A stretch of DNA of 64,000 nt. Source: Phoronis australis (lineage: Eukaryota; Animalia; Phoronida). Position numbers and translations under genes: made by a program. Below the pieces are notes generated by a model. The model saw only the letters and a program-made list of their open reading frames with translations. It was not told the DNA's origin and made no database searches. Below are positions 23,801-34,626 of the stretch, one piece after another (within the stretch, counting starts at the first letter, position 1; the number at the start of each line of letters is the position of its first letter). The DNA is taken from NCBI GenBank assembly GCA_002633005.1, contig NMRA01000015.1, forward strand, positions 848,297-912,296, read 5' to 3'.

Positions 23801-26106
23801 ACGTCTCTGAATGAATTTAAGGAACATCTAGACAATGCCCAAAGTAAAAATGAAATTTATAACAATGAAAATGCATCGGAACAGAAATCGATTTCATATG
23901 GAGATGGTTTGGTTGTTTTGGTGAGCATAAGTTATTATCTGCAAGGAATTTTATATTGTCGTTAATGTTATTGAGTTTTTGGGGTCAGTGTAAATATAAC
24001 AAAGACTATTATGATTATTGTTTTTAGAAAAGGCGGCAGCTCAGAGCTTATGAGAAGTGGCACTATTGAAATAAAGTAGTAGAAGTAGTCTTCCAATGTA
24101 CAATTTTGGTATGTTTTTCGGGGCCAAGCTGGTATAGTCAAAAGTTGCTAAGCCGACTTACAAATCATATCTTTATGAGCGTTAAACCTGATATGATTTA
24201 ACACCATCGATGGGTTCTTTTGTGTCGAGCAATGACCCACTCGGTGGTGGCTATTCACACATACCCAAAGAGCGTTCATCGTCTTGATAACCTTACCTTG
24301 ATGACGTAAACTGTTGACAGTGACATTGGTGGCCACTTCCTTTCGTATGGACAAAGACGTCATGGCGAGTTCTGTTGATATACCGAGTGCTGTTGGTAAG
24401 GTTGGGGAGGAAGTTGACTCTGAAAAGGTTGAGCTTAAGAGCAGTAACCCCATGAAGGTCTTAAAACTCTGTTTACTTCGCCGGAGCATCAGATCTCAGA
24501 AATGGCTGAACTATTGAAATCAAACTTCACTTTCAGATACATGATTTATGCACTTCAAAGATTTTTTAATGTTTCACTTTCAAATAGCATATATCGAAAA
24601 TTAAGATTTTTGATTTCTACGAGAAATCTCAATCAAAAAAACAAAACAAAAGAATGAATTGTGACATCGTTTAAAATATTTAACAAGAATTTTTAGTTAC
24701 AATGATGACGATACTAAAAGTACCGTTAGCATGTTGTGAAATATGAAAATACACGATAACGTAACTCAATCAATGACAGACCGGTTTCTACTTTAAATTT
24801 CGGATATTTTCCATCCTTTATAGCCACCCCGTGTGTTCTTGACCCCCAGAGGTATGGAGCCATGTTCGCCATAAAAACTGAATAATCCCCACCTTGAGGA
24901 GGTGAACTGTTTGTAAAGACATGGGCCGACACTGCTTTCCGTGTGGGCAAAGAAATGCCAGTGAGATTCGTTGATTTTCCGACGGTTGTAGGCAACGTCG
25001 GTGAGGGAGCGGATTCTGACAAGGTTGGGGTAATAAGTAGCATTATGGTTATGTTAAACTTTGGCTAATTACTTCGGTGTATTGTATCTCAGACATGGCT
25101 GATCAGATTCACATGGAAGTGAGTTATGCACCAATCTCGACCCAAATTTTCACATGCGTGATTCACGCACTTCTCTCCGAAATGCTTTAAAGTGTAACTT
25201 GCACTCTAATTACTTATATCTGTGATTGATTGGTCAAACCAAAACAAAACATATAGTGACGATATGTATATGAAGAACAACGTTTTGTGGTGAAATTGAT
25301 TCACCGAAAATCACTGAAGTGTGTCCGGTAAGTAGTGTGACGTTGTGTTGGGGAGTAGGCCTAACACTGCACGATGTGGGCTGAGTGAGACCGCCGAGGT
25401 ACGCTAATGAATACAACTGCACTTTGTTTAGCGTCGTTTAGTTCCTGCTATACATTAGCTTAGTTAGAAGCATGCAAATACATCTTTATGCTGCATAAAG
25501 AATAAACCCGAATACTTCTCATCTAAGGAGCATGTTCTGTCTAATTTACTATCAGCATGATGCCTAAATCAAAAGTTCGCTTCTTGGATGGAACGCGGTT
25601 TTAGACCCTATTTTAATGGTCTGTCCATGTTAAAGCCACCTTTTCGGCCATCTATAATCTTCAAAAGGCAACATCAGTAGCAAGTGAGCCTCAGTTGCAT
25701 CTTACTAAAACAACACAACAAATTGTGACCGTAAGGAGACACGGCAAGGTACCCGTGAGGTTTGGGGTTCGACCGATTCGTTTTTCGAGCCCGCGAGTAA
25801 TCAAGCCTCAGCATTTGCTCCTTTTCATACCCCATATAAATCGATCGCATTTCATTTGATGTTCAGTTAAAAGATGCAGTCCAACGTTTGACGCCGTCTA
25901 AAGTTCATTGTTGTTCACAAACCATACAACGTGGTATTGCCTAGCACAACGTTATTGAATTATCTTACCGTTACTGGACCGTGTACTCTGAACGAGGACT
26001 CCTTTAGAAGTACTCGTTCCCTGCATCGTCACATTTGCTGTTGACAAGGATTGGTTGACGGGTGAAGACGAGACTTGACCAAACATCATGATGGCTTGGG
26101 AGAAAG
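2760..26106 (-). CDS. Multi-exon C-type lectin / Ser-Thr-rich mucin-like protein (4 CTLDs); gene-level span, start and stop exons not firmly identified
   Basis: 17 GT-AG exons, all phase 1-1, in transcription order: 26106-25969, 25403-25305, 25015-24893, 24419-24297, 23015-22893, 21610-21488, 19724-19452, 18473-18309, 16941-16819, 16274-15918 (in-frame TGA), 14019-13846, 12369-12226, 11947-11675, 10698-10534, 8272-7973, 7845-7591, 5791-5630, plus a small exon 2813-2760. CTLD motifs present: CYEF, A..C...GGHL, WIGL.D, W.WS.G, DC, W.D..C, ICQY. Could be one gene or a tandem cluster. Confidence 0.75.
2956..4657 (+). mobile_element. Kolobok-like non-autonomous DNA transposon with degenerate THAP-domain ORF (3121-3408)
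   Basis: TTAA flanks (2952-2955, 4658-4661); terminal inverted repeat (TIR) AGGAGAATTCCACC...GGTGGCATTCTCCT; THAP-like IVPAC...FFRLP...W...GRHF; second copy at 36646. Confidence 0.8.
5630..5791 (-). CDS. CTLD-C C-terminal exon (EPN / WHD)
   Basis: tgtgtttag|GA GGA ACT..., FWAAGEPNDFFWGEDC...WHDSAC...FICQY, donor GTAGGC; 162 nt. Confidence 0.9.
5901..6252. mobile_element. MITE (PIF/Harbinger-like termini)
   Basis: GCCGTTTACACA...TGTGTAAACGGC. Confidence 0.5.
7591..7845 (-). CDS. CTLD-C N-terminal exon
   Basis: ttatatag|GT TCA AGT..., CYEFV...C.SNGGHLASV...WIGLNDR...WEWSD, donor GTATGC; 255 nt. Confidence 0.9.
7973..8272 (-). CDS. Ser/Thr-rich mucin-like spacer exon
   Basis: tcttttag acceptor, GTGAGT donor, 300 nt open frame, very S/T-rich. 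Confidence 0.75.
8538..9480 (-). mobile_element. 5'-truncated non-LTR retrotransposon (LINE) 3' remnant
   Basis: ORF 8856-9074 has the LINE C-terminal Cys/His motif CNCG.....HVFFKC; A-rich tail near 8540; the 3' tail recurs at 15299-15366. Confidence 0.6.
10534..10698 (-). CDS. CTLD-B C-terminal exon (EPS / WKD)
   Basis: atctcag|GC GTG..., NWATGEPS...EDC...WKDDSC...YICQY, donor GTGAGT; 165 nt. Confidence 0.9.
11675..11947 (-). CDS. CTLD-B N-terminal exon
   Basis: tgtgtctag|TT ATT GCG..., CYEFF...C..HGGHL...WIGLSDR...WEWSN, donor GTACGG; 273 nt. Confidence 0.9.
12226..12369 (-). CDS. Ser/Thr-rich spacer exon
   Basis: ttcacag acceptor, GTAACT donor, 144 nt, S/T-rich with NxT/S sequons. Confidence 0.75.
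13545..13765. mobile_element. MITE with internal CAAATAATTA repeats
   Basis: About 30-bp TIR GGCCGTTAAGGGGGGAGGTGTCGTCGTA vs TACGGCGACACTTTCCCCTAACGGCC. Confidence 0.65.
13846..14019 (-). CDS. CTLD-A C-terminal exon (not in ORF track)
   Basis: atgattag|GA GAG GAG CTG..., translates EELGEGFNNWLTDAPSGDTWFYERDCVQMLTDRNYKWQDQSCQGYLLGVPYPSICQY, donor GTAAGT; 174 nt. Confidence 0.85.
15015..15240. repeat. 37-bp minisatellite, about 6 copies (TTTAGTTATGTACTTATTACACATTTCTGCCTACACA)
   Basis: Directly visible head-to-tail repeats, no spacers. Confidence 0.95.
15918..16274 (-). CDS. Ser/Thr linker + CTLD-A N-terminal exon containing an in-frame TGA at 16185-16183
   Basis: ttcttaacag|AA GGT GTG...ACA ACA TGA GTG CAC CCC ATT TGT...CYEFV...WIGLNDR..WVWSN, donor GTAAGT; 357 nt, phase 1-1. 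Confidence 0.75.
16819..16941 (-). CDS. 123-nt mucin repeat exon (41 aa)
   Basis: ttttcag acceptor, GTTAGA donor; paralogous to the exons at 21488, 22893, 24297, 24893. Confidence 0.7.
17327..18109. mobile_element. MITE / non-autonomous DNA element
   Basis: About 45-bp imperfect inverted repeats AGCCAGCCAGCTAGCTGTATGCAGACTGTCGTCAAA vs the reverse complement of 18064-18109. Confidence 0.6.
18309..18473 (-). CDS. CTLD-B' C-terminal exon (recent copy of 10534-10698)
   Basis: Near-identical to 10534-10698; intact splice sites and frame. Confidence 0.8.
19452..19724 (-). CDS. CTLD-B' N-terminal exon (recent copy of 11675-11947)
   Basis: Near-identical to 11675-11947; intact AG/GT and frame. Confidence 0.8.
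20585..21482. mobile_element. Solo-LTR-like insertion (898 bp)
   Basis: TGTCAGA...TCTGACA termini, 5-bp TSD CTTAC (20580-20584, 21483-21487); absent from the sister 1.4-kb repeat units. Confidence 0.8.
21488..21610 (-). CDS. 123-nt mucin repeat exon
   Basis: ttgtcag acceptor, GTAAGT donor; YTSSPTLPTTLGISTKHAMTSLSTRKEVATNVTVNSSSLQ. Confidence 0.7.
22893..23015 (-). CDS. 123-nt mucin repeat exon
   Basis: ttttcag acceptor, GTAAGG donor; same repeat. Confidence 0.7.
24297..24419 (-). CDS. 123-nt mucin repeat exon
   Basis: ttttcag acceptor, GTAAGG donor; same repeat, more diverged. Confidence 0.7.
24893..25015 (-). CDS. 123-nt mucin repeat exon (most diverged copy)
   Basis: ttgtcag acceptor, GTGGGG donor; SAPSPTLPTTVGKSTNLT... 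Confidence 0.6.
25305..25403 (-). CDS. Candidate Ser/Thr/Pro exon of lectin gene
   Basis: tcattag acceptor, GTGAAT donor, 99 nt phase 1-1, open, NVT sequon. Confidence 0.45.
25969..26106 (-). CDS. N-terminal Ser/Thr-rich exon of lectin gene (xFSQAIMMFGQVSSSPVNQSLSTANVT...)
   Basis: tttctttag acceptor, GTAAGA donor, 138 nt phase 1-1, open. Confidence 0.65.
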
Positions 26107-26824
26107 CTAAAGAAACTAATGGTGATTAACAACATTTTTTCATTGATAAACAGTAATCGTCCAGGTTAAAGCCCAAATGTCTCACTCTAACCCCAAAATT
26201 GTTGATGTCCCATGCTCGGTTTAGCGCCCACAACTAATTTATACGATCGAGACATCCTGGAAACAGGCAATGTCTTCGTGGGTGACGGTCTCACGAGAAT
26301 TGTATCTTAGCTCCTAAAACGTTCTTGATAAATTTTTGATAACTTTTGGCTTCAGCAACACTTTGCCACATTCAAACGCCAAAATCAAATGATTTATTAC
26401 TGCATTTGTACGCAAAAACAGTGAAGGAATTTGTGCGCGCAAATCTACCGTTCAGAGAAAACCAATCCAGGCTTCTCAAAAATGTGTCAATGTTTAAACG
26501 CCAATGCTCTGGGCAATCGGACGGTTAGGATATCCAGTTCAGCTTAGCAGCACCTCAAAGGCGTTTCTCCAAGTACGCTGGGCATAGCTGCCAGTTTCTA
26601 ACATGGCTTTCCCCTCAAACAAAAAATTACCGATTTTGGGTGGAAAAATACCTGGCTACCAAGGCAACAGTGCGTATTTCAGCTTCAAACATAAAATTGC
26701 TGATTTTGGCCGGCTGACCACTTGCTTTCGCCACTTTTATAGCTCTGTTGTGTCAGGTTATAGCGTTATTTTTCTGACGTCATATACTGTGTACTGTTTA
26801 CCTAAGTAAAGAAGAACTTTTCAG

Positions 26825-26988
26825 CAGTGGCGGATTTAGAGGGGCGCCAAGGGGGTCGGAGGCCGTGGCCCCCTAAAATTTTTTCAGATTCCATTTGGCA
26901 GTTGGGGGTGCGAATGTCTGGCGGGCAAAATACTGGCTAATACTCTGCCCTGCCTCCCCCCAAACTCAAATTTCTGGATCCGCCCCTG
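26825..26988. mobile_element. hAT-like MITE
   Basis: CAGTGGCGGATTT...ATCCGCCCCTG; related copy at 55664. Confidence 0.6.
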
Positions 26989-27414
26989 GGAAGTGACAAA
27001 TGAAGAAACAACATATTTTTCAGCGCTAAACGATATCCAGAAGTGTTGTTTTCACACCAGTCTACAGGGGGCGAAACCGTACCTGTCATTAAGCATGTAG
27101 TCACCAGAGAAACAGAGTGGGTGAGACTAAGGCCTCTTCTTGCAAATAATAGTCCCATTAGCGATAAGGCATTGCTGTAGTATATGTACCTATAGCAGGA
27201 AGAAGACAATAATCCAGTCATAAATACACATACATATATGAACAACCTGTAGCCAGCTCGAATTAGGTTTATTTATCACCTCAGAATGAGACATAGTAAC
27301 AATTCCTTCGAAATTATTTAATAAAATTATTTGTTGATGATTTAATCTAAAGCGTTCTTTATTTAAACAAAAGCGACTCTCGAAAAGGTATTACTTTAAA
27401 ACCAATCAAAATCT

Positions 27415-28620
27415 CTATGCACCCTAACGTTCTAGGAGCATTGTGCCATTATCCCTGTCTGTCCGTCCGTCCTTCTATTCGTCCGTCCTTTCGTCCGGCA
27501 TCCATTTATGCGGTGTCTGCTGCTGCATCTCCAAAACCCCTAGTTCAGATATGTTCCTGTCGTGGATGATACGGCGTAATCGAATTTTCCGAGGGATCCG
27601 ATTAACGGTGTGCCCCCTAGTGGCAATTCATGCCAAGATTTGTACGATGACACTTGGCTTACCGCAAAATCCAGCTGCTGCCTGGTGGTTTGGTAATTGG
27701 CCCACTTATGTTGTACACCCATCAGAATTTATTGGAAACGTAGTATTGCAACATTAAACAAATATTTTAGGTTGAAAAAGTCAAATTTCTTGTCCAACTT
27801 TGAAAATTCCCGGCGAGACCTAATCACGTCCGCCGTTCACGAACTATTCAAACATGCTGTTTGCAAACTTTCAAAATGCCATTGTCGCTCCTAATGTGTT
27901 TATGATGGTCTTATCATCTGGAGAACGGTAGCATCAGCAGCCAGAAGCGATTTAATTAACCACAACAGCATTGTGTCTTTGATCTGAACCGGCAAATTCC
28001 GTGGTGCGCAAACCCGCGGTCGAGCTGTTCAATCTTGACTGATAAGGGTGTCAACGTGGGATTCTTTTCATGTTTGTTTTTTACGTCTGCCCTGGTAACT
28101 GCGGAGCTTATTGACGGATCTTCATGAAATTTGCCAAGTACATGTACGTATAGACACAGCCTGCATTCCCGTTTTCGGATGGATTCAGCGTATTCTGTGC
28201 CAGCTGACCATTTTCTAACCATTTAACCCATTAGGGTTATTTTGCGCCCGCTTCTTTATGCGCCAAACTATTCAGGTGATCATTACGAAAATGGGAGTAT
28301 GTGTATCTACTAGGAGATCACGACTGAGGACGATTTGTAGACGTCTTTGCCTATTACGGCACCCTCGTTTGGTTATATTTTGAAATAACGTTTGCTACGC
28401 CATATAAATCGGTAAATAAAACAACAAGAATGGATCAACTGAAATTTGAAATTTTCGGATGTAACAACTTCCTTTATCAACAAAAACGCCATATGCAACG
28501 AACACGTGACTAAACCATGTTGAATCTCAAAACGTATGTCACGGCCGCCATTAACCCTTGTAAAATTTCAACATGGTATCTTTATCGTAATGATGTGCTT
28601 TTTGGTAAAAATTAAAATGG
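27415..28620 (+). mobile_element. Degenerate HINE/DINE-like element; right boundary approximate
   Basis: 5' imperfect hairpin ATGCACCCT...AGGAGCAT followed by (GTCC)n-type microsatellite. Confidence 0.4.
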
Positions 28621-31600
28621 CAACACTTCTGAATATCAGGTCACGACCTTTTGCGAGATTGTAATGATAACTGGCTCTCGGGTACGTGGTTCCGGCAAAA
28701 GAGAAGACGCAGGGTTGTTTGTAAATTGTACTTCCTTTGCATATTCACAATGTAATGAGACCATGCATCTGTAATATGTGCATCGATTAGGACGGGTTGG
28801 TTACAATCTGGTATGGGCTCACTTACGCGTCGGGGTAACAAAATTCCAAATGTTAGCGTAGGAGTTGTCTCATGTTTGATCATGTTACAAAACAAATTAC
28901 AAAATTGCAAAATATACATATGCAAATAAAGGTTTAATTCACAGGCAAAGTGGGCAATCAAATGTACCAGTTTCTTAAAACTCTTGGTTTTAAAATATGT
29001 TAATTAAATCTAGTCAAAGGCTAGACAAAGTCGAATGTTCAAGACTTACCTACTGCTGTATAGATTCTGTAGACAATTGCATTAACCCGAAACGCGGAGT
29101 ATATGTACAAAATGCATGAAGAATTGCACGCGTAGCATTCAAATTCTGTGCATGCTGTTTAAAAAATAAACATTAAATTCGTGTGAATCATAAATTGTTA
29201 ATGTTTAAGTGTAAATCTATAACTAGAAGAACAGATATGCACATGAACTATAATGATGTCGGAAGAAATGCGTTTTAACAAGTTTAGTTAATTTCTTACA
29301 ATCTCTACTGAAGCACCGATTTTCGACTGGAGGAAAACGCATTTGGTTGTTTTATAAGAGCATTTGCATAGCCTTTGTAAGGTGAGCACCTTGACTAGAA
29401 AGAGGACTAGTATGAAGGTTGGTTGACAATAGAAGAACCGACACAGAACCTGCGACGGATGATTGTATAAATCACTTGTGAGGTACGACTTTTAATAGCC
29501 TTGACACATGCACTTGACGCTTTTTGTCCCCGTACTACGGGGTACTATTTTTAATTATTTGAAAATTCTTCATGATATTTATAAGTAGTTCCGTGTTAAG
29601 TTGATACCAAGTAATACATAAATATCCGGCTGTTTCTTATATGTGCTTAATCACAAATTTCTGCTGTTAGAAATTACCTGCTATGCGATTAAACACACGA
29701 TTATTTTCCAAATAGTCAATTAATCAACCCATAAACGGGGTTTAAAGTCGATGCATTGAATACGTCATACATATAACACTTGTTTGTACATCAAATGTTA
29801 ATCCGCACACGCCAAAACTACGATCGCGTGAAGCCATTTTTCTGCAGAAATGATACCGTGAATATGACAGCACGGAAATCAAAAGAACTTATTCACTCGA
29901 AGATTAGATGTTTAGCCGCCAAATCTGCATTTTCCACCTAGCTGTGAAATCGTGAATTAAGGTAGTCGCTTGGCTCATTGGCTGGCATTCAGGTCACTAT
30001 TAGTTATAATATGGCATCATTAAGGTTATCTCAAACCTTATTTAGTATTTCAAAAACTAAGCTTTGTCAACTAGTAAAAGTATATAGAATTATTTTCTGA
30101 AAGGAAAGATCAGGAAATACAAAAATTTGTCTTGCATTTATGTACCATTATTATTATTACGTTAACACGTTTTTAAGTCAAAATTTCATTTTCAAGAAAG
30201 CTACACTCATAGCAAAATAATCCCTCGGTCGATTTTAATGAAAGCTTTTTTAAATGAAAACTTCACCATATATCTCAAAAACCCTGGAATTTTCGATTAG
30301 TCTTTTGTTTGGTTTCTATGACAAATCAACTCGCAAACATTTTGTAGGAAATAGAAGTCGTATTCGCCTTTGTTACATTACGCAAAAACTAGGTCTTTAT
30401 ATTGAAAATCCTAATATCATTTATGTGACTGATGAGTAAATATTAAGTTCGGAAAGTTTCAGAGAAATCCATCAAGCGGTTTTTGAGAACTCGTGTTCCT
30501 AAGTTCAAATAAAGTCGATGTGCCGAAGCCGAGAAACAGCCGATTAAACTGGGTGAAATCTCAAAGTCTTTGGTTAATTATTCAGTGAAAACTTGTTTTC
30601 GTTCAATATAACCTATACATGCCAAAACCATGTTAGCTATTTCAACATTCACTCACAAGGTCAACTGAATTGGCAGTGCGTAATTAACTTAATTAGCATT
30701 AAAACGTACCGACCCAGCCACGAGTTGGGATCAACTGTTACTGTCGTTTGACCTACATAAAAGTAGGTCACTGTTAATTGTTATACACATAGTTTGTACA
30801 CGTCACGTGCCAGGAGACTGATACGAAAGCAAGTAAGAAATGGATACCAAAATATCGAGTCGGTGGTTAAAGCATGTCGTTAGCACGAGATCGAAACAGC
30901 GAAATGTCAATTTACACGAACTAAGGAATTTGAGTGAGGACAACTTGCTGTGCTCCTAACCACAGAGGCGTGAGGCAATTCGTAGCATTTGTTCTCAACC
31001 GTGACGGTCGTATGCATGTAGACGCACAAAACTACGTTTTGTCTTTGTCTTTGTTTTCTGCGGTACCGTCCTATCATAAGTACTCATCGTTGAAACGTCT
31101 ATCAGTAGAAATAATACGCCGCATGATAACTGCTCGCAAATCAATTTCTTCAAAAAGTTTTTCACAGGAAAATTCGACTTTTTACTTTTCGGTTTTCACT
31201 CCGCCACTTTCAATTTTTACCCAGCGGTGTGCTCATGAAATAAAGCATTCACTTTGCTCATTGGTTGGCATTCGGGTCGTTTGATGAGATCATTAGGTAA
31301 AAAACTGAGGGTAAGGTGTGGCAGACGATTTGATTCGTTGTTATTAGAGGAAGGTAAAAAGAGGCGAAATGTAACCGGTAAGACCATTTGCGGTTTGTAA
31401 AGTCTCAAGGGAATTTGATTTGATTGGTATAAACACACTGAACAAGAATTTTCCTCCCATTATGTCCATTCCACCAATCGTCAGATGGCGCTTCAGCTGA
31501 GCATTGGCAAAGATGGCAGACGACTCGATATGTCGCTGATCGAAATATTTCCGGATTAAGCCGTTTATGGTTTCATAATACCTAAAGGAATTTGATTTAG

Positions 31601-31716
31601 TTAGTCCTAGCTCACTCAACAAGTATTTTGTCCCCATGTTCGGAATTTCTTCTGATTCACGCCCATTTCTCGCAATTTACATTTCTCAGTGTGTTTACTG
31701 GTTAATGCATACATCA

Positions 31717-34626
31717 TTACTCTGCGCGTGTAAGAGCAGAGTACTGTTGTTCCTGGGTTTTCTTCAATTTTATTCTTATTACTCTGCGCGTGTAAGCGCA
31801 GAGTACTGTTGTTCCTGGGTTTTCTTCCATTTTATTCTTATTCTTATTCTTCTTATTCTTATTCTTCTTATTCTTCTTCCGACCAACTTTGAGGCTTAAT
31901 AACTCCAAATTGGTTGCAGGTACGGTCTTTAAATTCAGCATATGACCTTTGATAGTATATAAATTTTGATTGATTATATAATCATATTCCATATTGCACC
32001 GGAAGGGGTCATTTGGTGCAAAGGTCATATAATTTTCAAAATGCTACTGCTCCTTCAGTTTTAAAGCTATCTTTTTCAAATTCGGTGCACAGGTAAAGGT
32101 CAACATGACAATTTAAAAAATTACTTTTCTAAGTAATCGGGTCATCCAATCAGGTGAAACAGGTCAAAGGTCATTAGGTGCAAACTAAAATTTTGAGCTA
32201 GACACTTCAAATTAGCAGGTCTGATTGCCACAGGTAAATCAAATCGGAATCCAAAGTTTCAGGTCATTTAGTGCAAACATGGGGTCATTAGGTGCATTTT
32301 TTTCTGAAAATTTGACCTTTTCATTCTCCAAATACACTGATGTGTCAACCGTTAGACAACTGTGATTCTCAGCATTAAACACATTTTTCATGGGCTTTGC
32401 AGTAATTCTAAAGACGCTTATAATGCACCGGATAGGGTCAATTAGTGCAAAGGTCAGTTAACGTTCAAAATGTTAAATCTCTTACGTTTTTCAAGGAATT
32501 CTTTTCAATTTCAGCACACTAGTGTATGTCAACATGCCAATTGAACGACCTACTTAACTACGCAATAGGCCTAACCAATCAGAAAAAATAGGTCAAAGGT
32601 CATTGAGTGCAAAATTAAAATTTTGAGCTAGAGACTTCAAAATTACATATCTGTTTACTAAACGCGATTGAGTTTGAATTCTAAATTTTTGGGTCATTTG
32701 GTGCATCCATGGGGTCATTAGGTGCATTTTTCTTCTGAAAGTTTGACCAATTCATTCATGTTGTATTCTTAAGTGCTTAAAGCAAAACACCTGTGATTCT
32801 TAGCATTAACTATACTTTAAATTGGTTGTACAATTATTCCCTCACTGGGGTTCATAATGCACGGGAAGAGGTCAGTTAGTGGAAAGGTCATCAAAACATC
32901 AACATGAAATTACTCCTACAATTTTAAAGAATTTCTTTTCATATTGGTAAACGGGGTTGCTGTCAGTAACTTCCCATAACAATTCCTTTAATACACACGC
33001 ACAGAGTCCATTATTGTCACGCCGTGACAATAATCTTTCTAGTTATTATTCTTATTCTTCTTATTCTTCTTCCGACCAAATTTGAGGCTTAATAACTCCA
33101 AACTGGGTACAGGTACGGTCTTTAAATTCAGCATATGAATTTTGACGGTATATAAATTTTGATTGGTTATATAATCATATTCCATATTGCACCGGAAGAG
33201 GTCGTTTTATGCAAAGGTCATATAATTTTCAAAATGCTACTCCTCCTTCAGTTTCAAAGCTATCTTTTTCAAATTCGGTGCACAGGTATATGTCAACATG
33301 ACAATTTAAAAATTTACTTTTCTAAGTAATCGGGTCATCCAATCAGGTGAAATAGGTCAAAGGTCATTAGGTGTAAACTAGAATTTTGAGCTAGACACTT
33401 CAAATTGACAGGTCTGATTGCCACAGGTAAATCAAATCGGAATCCAAAGTTTCAGGTCATTTAGTGCAAACATGGGGTCACTAGGTGCATTTTTCTTCTG
33501 AAAATTTGACCTTTTCAATCAGCAAGTATTCTGATGTGTCAACCGTTAGACAACTGTGATTCTCAGCGTTAAACACTTTTTTCATGGGCTTTGCAATAAT
33601 TCTCTTAAAGATGCTTAAAATGCACCGGATAAGGTCAATTAGTGCAAAGATCATGTAACGTTCAAAATGTTATATCTCTTACGTTTTTCAAGGAATTCTT
33701 TTCAATTTCAGCACACTGGTGTAAGTCAACATGCCAATTAAATACCCTACTTTACTTCGCAATAGACCTAACCAATCAGAAAAAATAGGTCAAAGGTCAT
33801 TGAGTGCAAACTAAAATTTTGAGCTAGAGACTTCAGAATTACGTATCTGTTTACTAAGTGCGATTGAGTATGAATTCTTAATTTTCAGGTCATTTGGCGC
33901 ACCCATGGGGTCATTAGGTGCATTTTTCTTCTGAAAATTTGACCTTTTCAATCAGCAAGTAGTCTGATGTGTCAACCGTTAGACAACTGTGGTTCTCAGC
34001 GTTAAACACACTTTCCATGGGCTTTGCAATAATTATCCTAAAGATGCTTAAAATGCAGCGGATAAGGTCAATTAGTGCAAAGGTCATGTAACGTTCAACA
34101 TGTTATATCTCTTACGTTTTTCAAGGAATTCTTTTCAGATTCAGCACACTGCCAATTGAACAACCTACTTAACTACGCAATAGGCTTAACCAATCAGAAA
34201 AAATAGGTCAAAGGTCATTGAGTGCAAAATCAAAATTTTGAGCTAGTGACTTCAAAATTACATATCAATTTTTGGGTCATTTGGTGCACCCATGGGGTCA
34301 TTAGGTGAATTTTTCTTCTGGAAGTTTGACCAATTCATTCATGTTGTATTCTTAAGAGCTTAAAGTAAAACATCTGTGATTCTTAGCATTGCCAACACTT
34401 TAAATTGGTTTTACAATTATTCCCTCACCGGGGTTCATAATGCACCGGAAGAGGTCAGTTAGTGGAAAGGTCATCAAAATATTAACATGTAATTTCTCCT
34501 ACAATTTTAAAGAATTCCTTTTCATATTGGTAACGGGATTGCTGTTAGTAACTTCCCATAACAATTCCTTTAATACGCACTCGCAGAGTTCATTATTGTC
34601 ACGCCGTGACAATAAACTTTCTAGTT
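31717..34626 (+). mobile_element. Helentron-associated (HINE/DINE-like) element, tandem dimer with internal ~430-bp repeats
   Basis: 5' hairpin TACTCTGCGCGTGTAAGCGCAGAGTA (duplicated), (ATTCTT)n microsatellite, 3' subterminal repeat CAGAGT + palindrome TTATTGTCACG-C-CGTGACAATAA + CTAGTT at both 33011-33044 and 34593-34626. Confidence 0.75.

Larger units (their letters stand above)
16800..24500. repeat. 1.4-kb tandem exon+intron repeat array
   Basis: Exon starts 24419, 23015, 21610 (period 1404-1405); the unit leading to 16941 is expanded by insertions. Confidence 0.9.

Noticed and set aside
31344-31637. 97-aa ATG-initiated ORF
   Set aside because: No recognisable domain and no splice-compatible partner exons found
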